Program-made: the position numbers and the translations under genes
NCBI GenBank assembly: GCA_039621445.1
Contig: CP154954.1
Span: 37,619,703-37,683,702 of the forward strand
Direction of reading: 5' to 3'
Source of the DNA: Euglena gracilis
Taxonomy: Eukaryota
DNA length: 64,000 nucleotides
In this document: in pieces, positions 26,001-38,500 of the stretch
Numbering within the stretch: position 1 is the first letter of the stretch
Layout: every line of letters starts with the position of its first letter
The notes under the pieces: generated by a model
What the model saw: only the letters and a program-made list of their open reading frames with translations
Database searches by the model: none
What the model was told of the DNA's origin: nothing

Positions 26001-27973
26001 CACACAGAGGAGTCCCCTCTGGAAGCGGAGGAGACAGGAGAAGCGGTCCCAATGGCCGAGGATGAACCTCAGCCTGCGGAACCCCCGGCACGGGAAACCC
26101 GTAGCCCGTCGGTCGTGATGCTGGACACTGTGGCGGAAACCGCCCAGCGCCCAGGATCACCGAGAGGTGAACTGACGCCTGTCCCACTGTCACCATCCTC
26201 GCTGGGTACGCCTGGCGGACCGACCCCTCCGCGGGAAAACCCGCCGGAGACGGTAACCCCTACGCCTGAGGTATTACGCCTCAAGCTTCCTGTCCCCGGG
26301 GAAATCCCGACGACAGAGGAGCCAGTGGAGGAGCCCACTTCAGGGGAAGGACCTGAACGGCGCCCCTCACTGGGCGGACGTGTACTCGGTGGTTTGCGAT
26401 CACTGATCGCAGTTGTCACCCCACGTGGCACTGCGGCTAGTTCTTCCACTGCTGTGGCGGAAACGGCCCAGCCAGACGACGAAACAACTGAAGCTGCAGC
26501 CATGGAGGAGGATGAACCTCCCCCAATGGCCGCGCCACCGCCGGTGTCGGAAACGACACGGACGGAGGACGAACCAACGGCAATGTCAGTGGTGGCAACG
26601 CTACCCGTGCCAGTGCAGGATGAACCCACATTAGCACCGGTAGCGGGATCAGAGGCACGGGATGAGCCCGTACCTCCACAACAGCGGTCACTGCACCAAA
26701 GCGTGCGGGCACACGGACACCGGCACCTGAAAAACAGGCTGCACGGACATCCATGCCCCCACCACAGACTCCGCCAACGCGAAGTGCAGCGGCGACGCCC
26801 ACACCAACACCATCCTCCACGACTGCTCCTGGGAAACCCACGAGCGCAGCGAAGGAACGCGTAGGGCGACCCTCAGCTCGGGAAACCCCTGCTGAAGGTC
26901 AACGACGCTCGGTGTCGGGGAAAAGACCCCCGGCCCAGCCGTCACCACGCACCTGGTCAAGCAAGCGTGACGCCGAACGGCGACCCTCGGATGCTCCGGA
27001 AAGCGGAAGTCCGAAGGCCCCGGCCAAATCAAAGCCCGGTGCCGCGCCTTGCAAACCCTCACCTAAACCAGCTGATCAGCCCCCCCCGAAAGGCGGTGGT
27101 GGTGCTGGAGGCCAGGGTGCATCTTCTTCTCGAGGATTAGCCTCGGGAGGAGGATTCACACAGGTCACATCATCCGGCTATGGGAAAACCTCACAGCCGA
27201 AACCACCTACGAAGGGGCAGGGAAAATCCCGCGCCTCTACGACTACGACACCTTCGGAAGGCGAAGTTGTCATCGACTGGAATGCGATGACTCAGGATGA
27301 TCCTGAGACTCATGACCTGAAAAACAGGTACATGATGATCGAACACAAGCTGCGAACAGACCAATGCCTCAATCGGTGGATTGAACCACTGTTCTGTCAA
27401 GGACGGAAATGGTCCTTTGACCAGAATGTCACCTGGAATTATTACAATTCCAGATCACCACGTGTTTTGGCCCAATACTTTGGCGAGGAATTCCTCGTCG
27501 ACAGAACATCGGAAAACCGATTTGTGTGGCTCTGCACTGTTTGCCACAGGATGTACAACAGTGCCCCTGACTTGGGATTACCCCTCGTCCATGTGTGCAA
27601 CCCTGTGGAGCGGAAATCGTTCCACAAGGATATGTACATACCCAACTGTGCCGCCTTGGTATGCGCCAAGTGCGTGGACAGTTGGACCCACAAGCACAAT
27701 TTTTGCTACACGGAACGAGATGGTACGAATGTACCAGTACTCTGCGTCAACTGCCTGCGAGGTACCTTCTGGCACACTGCGGAAGGCGCAGTTCGCACAA
27801 TCGTGCCGAGTGCCGAGAAGCCACTGGAGGAATACTCCACCTTGAACAAAAAGTTCAAGGACTTATTCAAGTATGCCAACCTCAAGCTCGACGACTACCG
27901 CACACGGGAATGGCCCGTGGGTGGCAGATCGACAGTGGGGCGATACGCCTCGCTGCTGAGGAAGCAGGGGTAA
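23035..27973 (+). CDS. Accessory ORF3 of unknown function (~1650 aa when joined): Pro-rich regions, KG/GKGGK repeats, aromatic-rich globular domain, Cys-rich finger
   Basis: Pieces 23035-23985, 23739-26864, 26753-27973. Copy 3 reads through the ~23730 break. Substitutions between copies are largely conservative. Confidence 0.8.
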
Positions 27974-28473
27974 GATTACCTTACCTCTGGGAGACAGCGG
28001 ACAGGGAAAAGATACTTTTCCGCCTGTTCACAACCCAGGACCGAAACGGTCGCTGGTGCCTACCACAATGGCCACCCGAAAAACACGGGATGACCTGGAA
28101 GGACTGGCTAGGGGCCGTATTGCGACCCCATACAGTCCGGGCGGAATGCGCCTATCACGTTCCCATCGACTTCCACCCGGGGAATGCCCCGCAGGTGTCA
28201 GCCAATCACCCTCGGAGAAACTACTTCATCTGGCCAGCGACTTTGCCCAGGAAATTCTGGGAGAAGCTGCAGTGGTTTCTCGCGGAAAGAGCGAGTGCCA
28301 CCAAGCAGACAGTACCCGAAGGATGGGTTCGGGACTGGATCGCACCTGATTTCGACTACGACTCGCCAGAAACCTGGCTTGTCGACAGGCCACAGCCACC
28401 ACAATTCCAGATGGTCCTTGTGGAAGATCCCTTGGACTCCCGCCATGACTATTGGCGGCTGGAGCGGATGTAA
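27970..28473 (+). CDS. Trp-rich coding segment, probably the frameshifted C-terminus of ORF3 or a separate small ORF
   Basis: Open frame VRLPYLWETADREK...DYWRLERM continuing directly from the ORF3 stop at a GGGG run; protein-like composition. Confidence 0.5.
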   Translation, partial: VRLPYLWETADREKILFRLFTTQDRNGRWCLPQWPPEKHGMTWKDWLGAVLRPHTVRAECAYHVPIDFHPGNAPQVSANHPRRNYFIWPATLPRKFWEKLQWFLAERASATKQTVPEGWVRDWIAPDFDYDSPETWLVDRPQPPQFQMVLVEDPLDSRHDYWRLERM

Positions 28474-29353
28474 TGCCGAAACGGCATTACCAAGCCCATG
28501 TAAGGTAAGCGCCTTCATGGAGCTCATACATCCATATATATATACACTGGAAGCGGAAATCGCTAAACAGCCCTGGGATGAACCTGGGTCTGTGTCCCTC
28601 AGCGCTCTGGATGGAAGCATCCAAGAGCCCCCCCCCCCCTGCCAACCCATTATACCAGTGACCATGCGGACGGAAACCGTCTGCGGGAGGTAATCGCCTC
28701 TTATTGCGTCGTGAAGGAGCTACTGCTGTGAAGACCTTGGCAGCCGGGAAGCCTGGCAAGCCGCTAAGTGACACACAGCACACAGCGCGCACGCCGTAAT
28801 AATAGGCCAACTTGTCACTTTTCGGCCCTAAGGCCTCTTAAGGCTGCCAGACAGCAAAAATTCTGTCCTGGCCTAAGCCAGCCCAGCCCCCCTCTCCTCC
28901 CTACTTTCCCCCCACCCCCGCAAAGCTGTCGCCAGCAGTCGGTTTTGTAAGTAGGCTTTTGTTTCCTAGTGCGGATATGACCGCTTAGGAGCTCTATCCG
29001 GGTATGACCAGGATAGGAGCCTGCCCCCCCCTTCCACACATCTCCCCGCAGGTTTTCAGCGAATCGCTTGACCAACCCCGCGTGCCTTTGGCACACCCAA
29101 AGCGGGTGGATGGGACACTTTGTCAGGACACCTGCCAAGCCCCGTTTCCCACAGTGGGCTTTTTCACACCCCGCCTAAGCCGAAACGGCTAATAGGTAAC
29201 CGCGAAATGCGGCGCGTTTTTGGGCTTTGGGTGGATGCCACTGTGCGGAAAGGAGAGACACCGAATGGAGAAGTGAACCCCACCTGGGGCAGCGGCAGAT
29301 ATCCTGACTGGACTGGGAATCCCTGGTCCATGAAGTAAATCGGGCGTAGCCCT

Positions 29354-29363
29354 GGGAGGGGGA
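29354..29363 (+). promoter_or_regulatory. Polypurine tract GGGAGGGGGA
   Basis: Immediately 5' of the 3' LTR start TGTGTACC. Sister family has GGGAGGGGG at the same position. Confidence 0.88.
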
Positions 29364-29562
29364 TGTGTACCAGGCACGTCCCTGCTCTGTAGGATATCTG
29401 CAGAGTGGGTTACAAGGAATTGGGAGGAAAAAAGAAGGACGCCCCCGAAAACACTTTCGTTACCCAAATTTTCTCGCTCCAAAAAGGCGCTTGCAGAGGT
29501 CGGCGATCCTTTACCTAAGGCGAAGATAGGCTTTTACAGAAAGTCCCCGGGAAAAAGGGAAA
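29364..29562 (+). repeat. 3' LTR of copy 1, partial and interleaved with satellite sequence
   Basis: 29364-29411 matches the 5' LTR start with one mismatch. Later LTR words (GGAATTGGGA, AGGCTTTTACAGAAAGT) alternate with satellite words. Confidence 0.75.
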
Positions 29563-32500
29563 AATAGCACGTAAGTGACGGACGCCCCCAGAAACGTCAT
29601 TGTTCGGCCGTTTTCGGGCCGTTTTCGGCCGAAATCGGCTGCGCCGGCGCTCCAAAAAACGTCAAGGTCGGCGATCCTTTACCTAACTGTTTGCGGCCGA
29701 GATAGCCGAAATGCCCGCGGCGGGCGGGCGTAAAAACGTACGGGAGGCGCAAAATAGCACGTAAGTAACGGACGCAGAAACGTCATTTTTCGGGCGTTTT
29801 CTGCCGAAATCTGCTGCGCCGGCCCTCCAAAAACGAGCGCTCTGCCCCGGCTAGAGGTCGGCGCTTCTTTACCTAACTGTTGCGAAGGGCGGCGGGCGGA
29901 TAGCCGCAATTTTGCCCGCGGCGGGCGGGCGTAAAACGCAGCCGTTACCGCCCGGGAGGCGCAAAATAGCACGTAAGTAACGGACGCCCCCAGAAACGTC
30001 ATTTTTCGGCCGTTTTCGGCCGAAATCGGCTGCGCCGGCGCTCCAAAAACGAGCGCTCTGCCCCGGCTAGAGGTCGGCGATCCTTTACCTAACTGTTGCG
30101 AAGGGCGGCGGGCGGATAGCCGCAATTTTGCCCGCGGCGGGCGTGCGTAAAACGCAGCCGTTACCGCCCGGGAGGCGCAAAATAGCACGTAAGTAACGGA
30201 CGCCCCCAGAAACGTCATTTTTCGGCCGTTTTCGGCCGAAATCGGCTGCGCCGGCGCTCCAAAAACGAGCGCTCTGCCCCGGCTAGAGGTCGGCGATCCT
30301 TTACCTAACTGTTGCGAAGGGCGGCGGGCGGATAGCCGCAATTTTGCCCGCGGCGGGCGTGCGTAAAACGCAGCCGTTACCGCCCGGGAGGCGCAAAATA
30401 GCACGTAAGTAACGGACGCCCCCAGAAACGTCATTTTTCGGCCGTTTTTGGCCGAAATCGGCTGCGCCGGCGCTCCAAAAACGAGCGCTCTGCCCCGGCT
30501 AGAGGTCGGCGATCCTTTACCTAACTGTTGCGAAGGGCGGCGGGCGGATAGCCGCAATTTTGCCCGCGGCGGGCGTGCGTAAAACGCAGCCGTTACCGCC
30601 CGGGAGGCGCAAAATAGCACGTAAGTAACGGACGCCCCCAGAAACGTCATTTTTCGGCCGTTTTCGGCCGAAATCGGCTGCGCCGGCGCTCCAAAAACGA
30701 GCGCTCTGCCCCGGCTAGAGGTCGGCTCTCCTTTACCTAACTGTTGCGAAGGGCGGCGGGCGGATAGCCGCAATTTTGCCCGCGGCGGGCGTGCGTAAAA
30801 CGCAGCCGTTACCGCCCGGGAGGCGCAAAATAGCACGTAAGTAACGGACGCCCCCAGAAACGTCATTTTTCGGCCGTTTTCGGCCGAAATCGGCTGCGCC
30901 GGCGCTCCAAAAACGAGCGCTCTGCCCCGGCTAGAGGTCGGCGATCCTTTACCTAACTGTTGCGAAGGGCGGCGGGCGGATAGCCGCAATTTTGCCCGCG
31001 GCGGGCGTGCGTAAAACGCAGCCGTTACCGCCCGGGAGGCGCAAAATAGCACGTAAGTAACGGACGCCCCCAGAAACGTCATTTTTCGGCCGCTGCGCCG
31101 GCGCTCCAAAAACGAGCGCTCTGCCCCGGCTAGAGGTCGGCGCTTCTCTACCTAACCCTTGCGAAGGGCGGCGGGCGGATAGCCGCAATTTTGCCCGCGG
31201 CGGGCGTGCGTAAAACGCAGCCGTTACCGCCCGGGAGGCGCAAAATAGCACGTAAGTAACGGACGCCCCCAGAAACGTCATTTTTCGGCCGTTTTCGGCC
31301 GAAATCGGCTGCGCCGGCGCTCCAAAAACGAGCGCTCTGCCCCGGCTAGAGGTCGGCGATCCTTTACCTAACTGTTGCGAAGGGCGGCGGGCGGATAGCC
31401 GCAATTTTGCCCGCGGCGGGCGTGCGTAAAACGCAGCCGTTACCGCCCGGGAGGCGCAAAATAGCACGTAAGTAACGGACGCCCCAGAAACGTCATTTTC
31501 GGCCGTTTTCGGCCGAAATCGGCTGCGCCGGCGCTCCAAAAACGAGCGCTCTGCCCCGGCTAGAGGTCGGCGCTCCTTTACCTAACTGTTGCGAAGGGCG
31601 GCGGGCGGATAGCCGCAATTTTGCCCGCGGCGGGCGTGCGTAAAACGCAGCCGTTACCGCCCGGGAGGCGCAAAATAGCACGTAAGTAACGGACGCCCCC
31701 AGAACCGTCATTTTTCGGCCGTTTTCGGCCGAAATCGGCTGCGCCGGCGCTCCAAAAACGAGCGCTCTGCCCCGGCTAGAGGTCGGCGCTCCTTTACCTA
31801 ACTGTTGCGAAGGGCGGCGGGCGGATAGCCGCAATTTTGCCCGCGGCGGGCGTGCGTAAAACGCAGCCGTTACCGCCCGGGAGGCGCAAAATAGCACGTA
31901 AGTAACGGACGCCCCCAGAAACGTCATTTTTCGGCCGTTTTCGGCCGAAATCGGCTGCGCCGGCGCTCCAAAAACGAGCGCTCTGCCCCGGCTAGAGGTC
32001 GGCGCTCCTTTACCTAACTGTTGCGAAGGGCGGCGGGCGGATAGCCGCAATTTTGCCCGCGGCGGGCGTGCGTAAAACGCAGCCGTTACCGCCCGGGAGG
32101 CGCAAAATAGCACGTAAGTAACGGACGCCCCCAGAAACGTCATTTTTCGGCCGTTTTCGGCCGAAATCGGCTGCGCCGGCGCTCCAAAAACGAGCGCTCT
32201 GCCCCGGCTAGAGGTCGGCGCTCCTTTACCTAACTGTTGCGAAGGGCGGCGGGCGGATAGCCGCAATTTTGCCCGCGGCGGGCGTGCGTAAAACGCAGCC
32301 GTTACCGCCCGGGAGGCGCAAAATAGCACGTAAGTAACGGACGCCCCCAGAAACGTCATTTTTCGGCCGTTTTCGGCCGAAATCGGCTGCGCCGGCGCTC
32401 CAAAAACGAGCGCTCTGCCCCGGCTAGAGGTCGGCGATCCTTTACCTAACTGTTGCGAAGGGCGGCGGGCGGATAGCCGCAATTTTGCCCGCGGCGGGCG

Positions 32501-35500
32501 TGCGTAAAACGCAGCCGTTACCGCCCGGGAGGCGCAAAATAGCACGTAAGTAACGGACGCCCCCAGAAACGTCATTTTTCGGCCGTTTTCGGCCGAAATC
32601 GGCTGCGCCGGCGCTCCAAAAACGAGCGCTCTGCCCCGGCTAGAGGTCGGCGATCCTTTACCTAACTGTTGCGAAGGGCGGCGGGCGGATAGCCGCAATT
32701 TTGCCCGCGGCGGGCGTGCGTAAAACGCAGCCGTTACCGCCCGGGAGGCGCAAAATAGCACGTAAGTAACGGACGCCCCCAGAAACGTCATTTTCGGCCG
32801 TTTTCGGCCGAAATCGGCTGCGCCGGCGCTCCAAAAACGAGCGCTCTGCCCCGGCTAGAGGTCGGCGATCCTTTACCTAACTGTTGCGAAGGGCGGCGGG
32901 CGGATAGCCGCAATTTTGCCCGCGGGGGGCGTGCGTAAAACGCAGCCGTTACCGCCCGGGAGGCGCAAAATAGCACGTAAGTAACGGACGCCCCCAGAAA
33001 CGTCATTTTTCGGCCGTTTTCGGCCGAAATCGGCTGCGCCGGCGCTCCAAAAACGAGCGCTCTGCCCCGGCTAGAGGTCGGCGATCCTTTACCTAACTGT
33101 TGCGAAGGGCGGCGGGCGGATAGCCGCAATTTTGCCCGCGGCGGGCGTGCGTAAAACGCAGCCGTTACCGCCCGGGAGGCGCAAAATAGCACGTAAGTAA
33201 CGGACGCCCCCAGAAACGTCATTTTTCGGCCGTTTTCGGCCGAAATCGGCTGCGCCGGCGCTCCAAAAACGAGCGCTCTGCCCCGGCTAGAGGTCGGCGA
33301 TCCTTTACCTAACTGTTGCGAAGGGCGGCGGGCGGATAGCCGCAATTTTGCCCGCGGCGGGCGTGCGTAAAACGCAGCCGTTACCGCCCGGGAGGCGCAA
33401 AATAGCACGTAAGTAACGGACGCCCCCAGAAACGTCATTTTTCGGCCGTTTTCGGCCGAAATCGGCTGCGCCGGCGCTCCAAAAACGAGCGCTCTGCCCC
33501 GGCTAGAGGTCGGCGATCCTTTACCTAACTGTTGCGAAGGGCGGCGGGCGGATAGCCGCAATTTTGCCCGCGGCGGGCGTGCGTAAAACGCAGCCGTTAC
33601 CGCCCGGGAGGCGCAAAATAGCACGTAAGTAACGGACGCCCCCAGAAACGTCATTTTTCGGCCGTTTTCGGCCGAAATCGGCTGCGCCGGCGCTCCAAAA
33701 ACGAGCGCTCTGCCCCGGCTAGAGGTCGGCGATCCTTTACCTAACTGTTGCGAAGGGCGGCGGGCGGATATAGCCGCAATTTTGCCCGCGGCGGGCGTGC
33801 GTAAAACGCAGCCGTTACCGCCCGGGAGGCGCAAAATAGCACGTAAGTAACGGACGCCCCCAGAAACGTCATTTTTCGGCCGTTTTCGGCCGAAATCGGC
33901 TGCGCCGGCGCTCCAAAAACGAGCGCTCTGCCCCGGCTAGAGGTCGGCGATCCTTTACCTAACTGTTGCGAAGGGCGGCGGGCGGATAGCCGCAATTTTG
34001 CCCGCGGCGGGCGTGCGTAAAACGCAGCCGTTACCGCCCGGGAGGCGCAAAAATAGCACGTAAGTAACGGACGCCCCCAGAAACGTCATTTTTTCGGCCG
34101 TTTTCGGCCGAAATCGGCTGCGCCGGCGCTCCAAAAACGAGCGCTCTGCCCCGGCTAGAGGTCGGCGATCCTTTACCTAACTGTTGCGAAGGGCGGCGGG
34201 CGGATAGCCGCAATTTTGCCCGCGGCGGGCGTGCGTAAAACGCAGCCGTTACCGCCCGGGAGGCGCAAAATAGCACGTAAGTAACGGACGCCCCCAGAAA
34301 CGTCATTTTTCGGCCGTTTTCGGCCGAAATCGGCTGCGCCGGCGCTCCAAAAACGAGCGCTCTGCCCCGGCTAGAGGTCGGCGATCCTTTACCTAACTGT
34401 TGCGAAGGGCGGCGGGCGGATAGCCGCAATTTTGCCCGCGGCGGGCGTGCGTAAAACGCAGCCGTTACCGCCCGGGAGGCGCAAAATAGCACGTAAGTAA
34501 CGGACGCCCCCAGAAACGTCATTTTTCGGCCGTTTTCGGCCGAAATCGGCTGCGCCGGCGCTCCAAAAACGAGCGCTCTGCCCCGGCTAGAGGTCGGCGA
34601 TCCTTTACCTAACTGTTGCGAAGGGCGGCGGGCGGATAGCCGCAATTTGCCCGCGGCGGGCGGCGTGCGTAAAACGCAGCCGTTACCGCCCGGGAGGCGC
34701 AAAATAGCACGTAAGTAACGGACGCCCCCAGAAACGTCATTTTTCGGCCGTTTTCGGCCGAAATCGGCTGCGCCGGCGCTCCAAAAACGAGCGCTCTGCC
34801 CCGGCTAGAGGTCGGCGATCCTTTACCTAACTGTTGCGAAGGGCGGCGGGCGGATAGCCGCAATTTTGCCCGCGGCGGGCGGGCGTAAAACGCAGCCGTT
34901 ACCGCCCGGGAGGCGCAAAATAGCGTAAGTAACGGACGCCCCCAGAAACGTCATTTTTCGGCCGAAATCGGCTGCACAGGCGCTCCAAAAACGAGCGCTC
35001 TGCCCCGGCTAGAGGTCGGCGATCCTTTACCTAACTGTTGCGAAGGGCGGCGGGCGGATAGCCGCAATTTTGCCCGCGGCGGGCGTGTGTAAACGCAGCC
35101 GTTACCGCCCGGGAGGCGCAAAATAGCACGTAAGTAACGGACGCCCCCAGAAACGTCATTTTTCGGCTGTTTTCGGCCGAAATCGGCTTCTCCGGCGCTC
35201 CAAAAACGAGCGCACTGCCCCGGCTAGAGGTCGGCTCTCCTTTACCTAACTGTTGCGAAGGGCGGCGGGTGGATAGCCGCAATTTTGCCCGCGGCGGGCG
35301 TGCCCTAAAACGCAGCCGTTACCGCCCGGGAGGCGCAAAATAGCACGTAAGTAACTGACGCCCCCAGAAACGTCATCTTTCGGCCGTTTTCGGCCGAAAT
35401 CGGCTGCGCCGGCGCTCCAAAACCTAGCGCTCTGCCCCGGCTAGAGGTCGGCGCTCCTTTACCTAACTGTTGCGAAGGGCGGCGGGCGGATAGCCGCAAT

Positions 35501-38500
35501 TTTGCCCGCGGCGGGCGTGCGTAAAACGCAGCCGTTACCGCCCGGGAGGCGCAAAATGGCACGTAAGTAACGGACGCCCCCAGAAACGTCATTTTTCGGC
35601 CGTTTTCGGCCGAAATCGGCTGCGCCGGCGCTCCAAAAACGAGCGCTCTGCCCCGGCTGGAGGTCGGCGCTCCTTTACCTAACTGTTGCAAAGGGCGGCG
35701 GGCGGATAGCCGCAATTTTGCCCGCGGCGGGCGTGCGTAAAACGCAGCCGTTACCGCCCGGGAGGCGCAAAATAGCGTAAGTAACGGACGCCCCCAGAAA
35801 CGTCATTTTTCGGCCGTTTTCGGCCGAAATCGGCTGCGCCGGCGCTCCAAAAAAGAGCGCTCTGCCCCGGCTAGAGGTCGGCGCTCCTTTACCTAACTGT
35901 TGCGAAGGGCGGCGGCGGATAGCCGCAATTTTGCCCGCGGGCGTGCGTAAAACGCAGCCGTTACCGCCCGGGAGGCGCAAAATAGCACGTAAGTAACGGA
36001 CGCCCCCAGAAACGTCATTTTTCGGCCGTTTTCGGCCGAAATCGGCTGCGCCGGCGCTCCAAAAACGAGCGCTCTGCCCCGGCTAGAGGTCGGCGCTCCT
36101 TTACCTAACTGTTGCGAAGGGCGGCGGGCGGATAGCCGCAATCTTGCCCGCGGCGGGCGTGCGTAAAACGCAGCTGTTACCGCGCGGGAGGCGCAAAATA
36201 GCACGTAAGTAACGGACGCCCCCAGAAACGTCATTTTTCGGCCGTTTTCGGCCGAAATCGGCTGCGCCGGCGCTCCAAAAAAGAGCGCTCTGCCCCGGCT
36301 AGAGGTCGGCGCTCCTTTACCTAACTGTTGCGAAGGGCGGCGGGCGGATAGCCGCAATTTTGCCCGCGGCGGGCGGGCGTAAAACGCAGCCGTTACCGCC
36401 CGGGAGGTACAAAATAGCACGTAAGTAACGGACGCCCCCAGAAACGTCATTTTTCGGCCGTTTTCGGCCGAAATCGGCTGCGCCGGCGCTCCAAAAACGA
36501 GCGCTCTGCCCCGGCTAGAGGTCGGCGCTCCTTTACGTAACTGTTGCGAAGGGCGGCGGGCGGATAGCCGCAATTTTGCCCGCGGCGGGCGTGCGTAAAA
36601 CGCAGCCGTTACCGCCCGGGAGGCGCAAAATAGCACGTAAGTAACGGACGCCCCCAGAAACGTCATTTTTCGGCCGTTTTCGGCCGAAATCGGCTGCGCC
36701 GGCGCTCCAAAAACGAGCGCTCTGCCCCGGCTAGAGGTCGGCGCTCCTTTACGTAACTGTTGCGAAGGGCGGCGGGCGGATAGCCGCAATTTTGCCCGCG
36801 GCGGGCGTGCGTAAAACGCAGCCGTTACCGCCCGGGAGGCGCAAAATAGCACGTAAGTAACGGACGCCCCCAGAAACGTCATTTTTCGGCCGTTTTTGGC
36901 CGAAATCGGCTGCGCCGGCGCTCCAAAAACGAGCACTCTACCCCGGCTAGAGGTCGGCGCTCCTTTACCTAACTGTTGCGAAGGGCGGCGGGCGGATAGC
37001 CGCAATTTTGCCCGCGGCGGGCGTGCGTAAAACGCAGCCGTTACCGCCCGGGAGGCGCAAAATAGCACTTAAGTAACGGACGCCCCCAGAAACGTCATTT
37101 TTCGGCCGTTTTCGGCCGAAATCGGCTGCGCCGGCGCTCCAAAAACGAGCGCTCTGCCCCGGCTAGAGGTCGGCGCTCCTTTACCTAACTGTTGCGAAGG
37201 GCGGCGGGCAGATAGCCGCAATTTTGCCCGCGGCGGGCGTGCGTAAAACGCAGCCATTACCGCCCGGGAGGCGCAAAATAGCACGTAAGTAACGGATGCC
37301 CCCAGAAACGTCATTTTTCGGCCGTTTTCGGCCGAAATCGGCTGCGCCGGCGATCCAAAAACGAGCGCTCTGCCCCGGCTGGAGGTCGGCGCTCCTTCAC
37401 CTAACTGTTGCGAAGGGCGGCGGGCGGACAGCCGCAATTTTGCCCGCGGCGGGCGTGCGTAAAACGCAGCCGTTACCGCCCGGGAGGCGCAAAATAGCAC
37501 GTAAGTAACGGACGCCCCCAGAAACGTCATTTTTCGGCCGTTTTCGGCCGAAATCGGCTGCGCCGGCGCTCCAAAAACGAGCGCTCTGCCCCGGCTAGAG
37601 GTCGGCGATCCTTTACCTAACTGTTGCGAAGGGCGGCGGGCGGATAGCCGCAATTTTGCCCGCGGCGGGCGGGCGTAAAACGCAGCCGTTACCGCCCGGG
37701 AGGCGCAAAATAGCACGTAAGTAACGGACGCCACCAAAAACGTTATTTTTCGGCCGTTTTCGGCCCAAATCGGCTGCGCCGGCGCCCCAAAAACGAGCGC
37801 TCTGACCCGGTTAGAGGTCGGCGATCCTTTACCTAACTGTTGCGAAGGTCGGCGGGCGGATAGCCGCAATTTTGCCCGCGGCGGGCGTGCGTAAAACGCA
37901 GCCGTTACCGCCCGGGAGGCGCAAAATAGCACGTAAGTAACGGTCGCCCCCAAAAACGTCATTTTTCGGCCGTTTTCGGCCGAAATCGGCTGCGCCGGCG
38001 CTCCAAAAACGAGCGCTCTGCCCCGGCTAGAGGTCGGCGATCCTTTACCTAACTGTTGCGAAGGGCGGCGGGCGGATAGCCGCAATTTTGCCTGCGGCGG
38101 GCGTGCGTAAAATGCAGCCGTTGCCGCCCGGGAGGCGCAAAGTAGCACGTAAGTAACGGACGCCCCCAGAAACGTCATTTTTCGGCGGTTTTCGGCCGAA
38201 ATCGGCTGCGCCGGCGCTCCAAAAACGAGCGCTCTGCCCCGGCTAGAGGTCGGCGATCCTTTACCTAACTGTTGCGAAGGGCGGCGGGCGGATAGCCGCA
38301 ATTTTGCCTGCGGCGGGCGGGCGGAAAACGCAGTCGTTACCGCACGGGAGGCGCAAAATAGCACGTAAGTAACGGACGCCCCCAGAAACGTCATTTTTCG
38401 GCCGTTTTCGGCCGAAATCGGCTGCGCTGGCGCTCCAAAAACGAGCGCTCTGCCCCGGCTAGAGGTCGGCGATCCTTTACCTAACTGTTCCGAAGGGTGG

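Larger units (their letters stand above)
12986..29562 (+). mobile_element. Large Ty3/Gypsy chromovirus-like LTR retrotransposon, copy 1 (near full length), inserted in the satellite
   Basis: LTR-PBS-gag-pol (PR, RT, RH, IN, chromodomain in gypsy order)-extra ORF-PPT-LTR start. The right end is approximate because the 3' LTR is intermixed with satellite. Confidence 0.96.

Noticed and set aside
23035-27973. ORF3 as a retroviral-type env
   Set aside because: No evident signal peptide, fusion peptide or transmembrane anchor.
28471-28508. TAATG stop-start overlap after the last ORF
   Set aside because: The downstream frame is only 11 codons.
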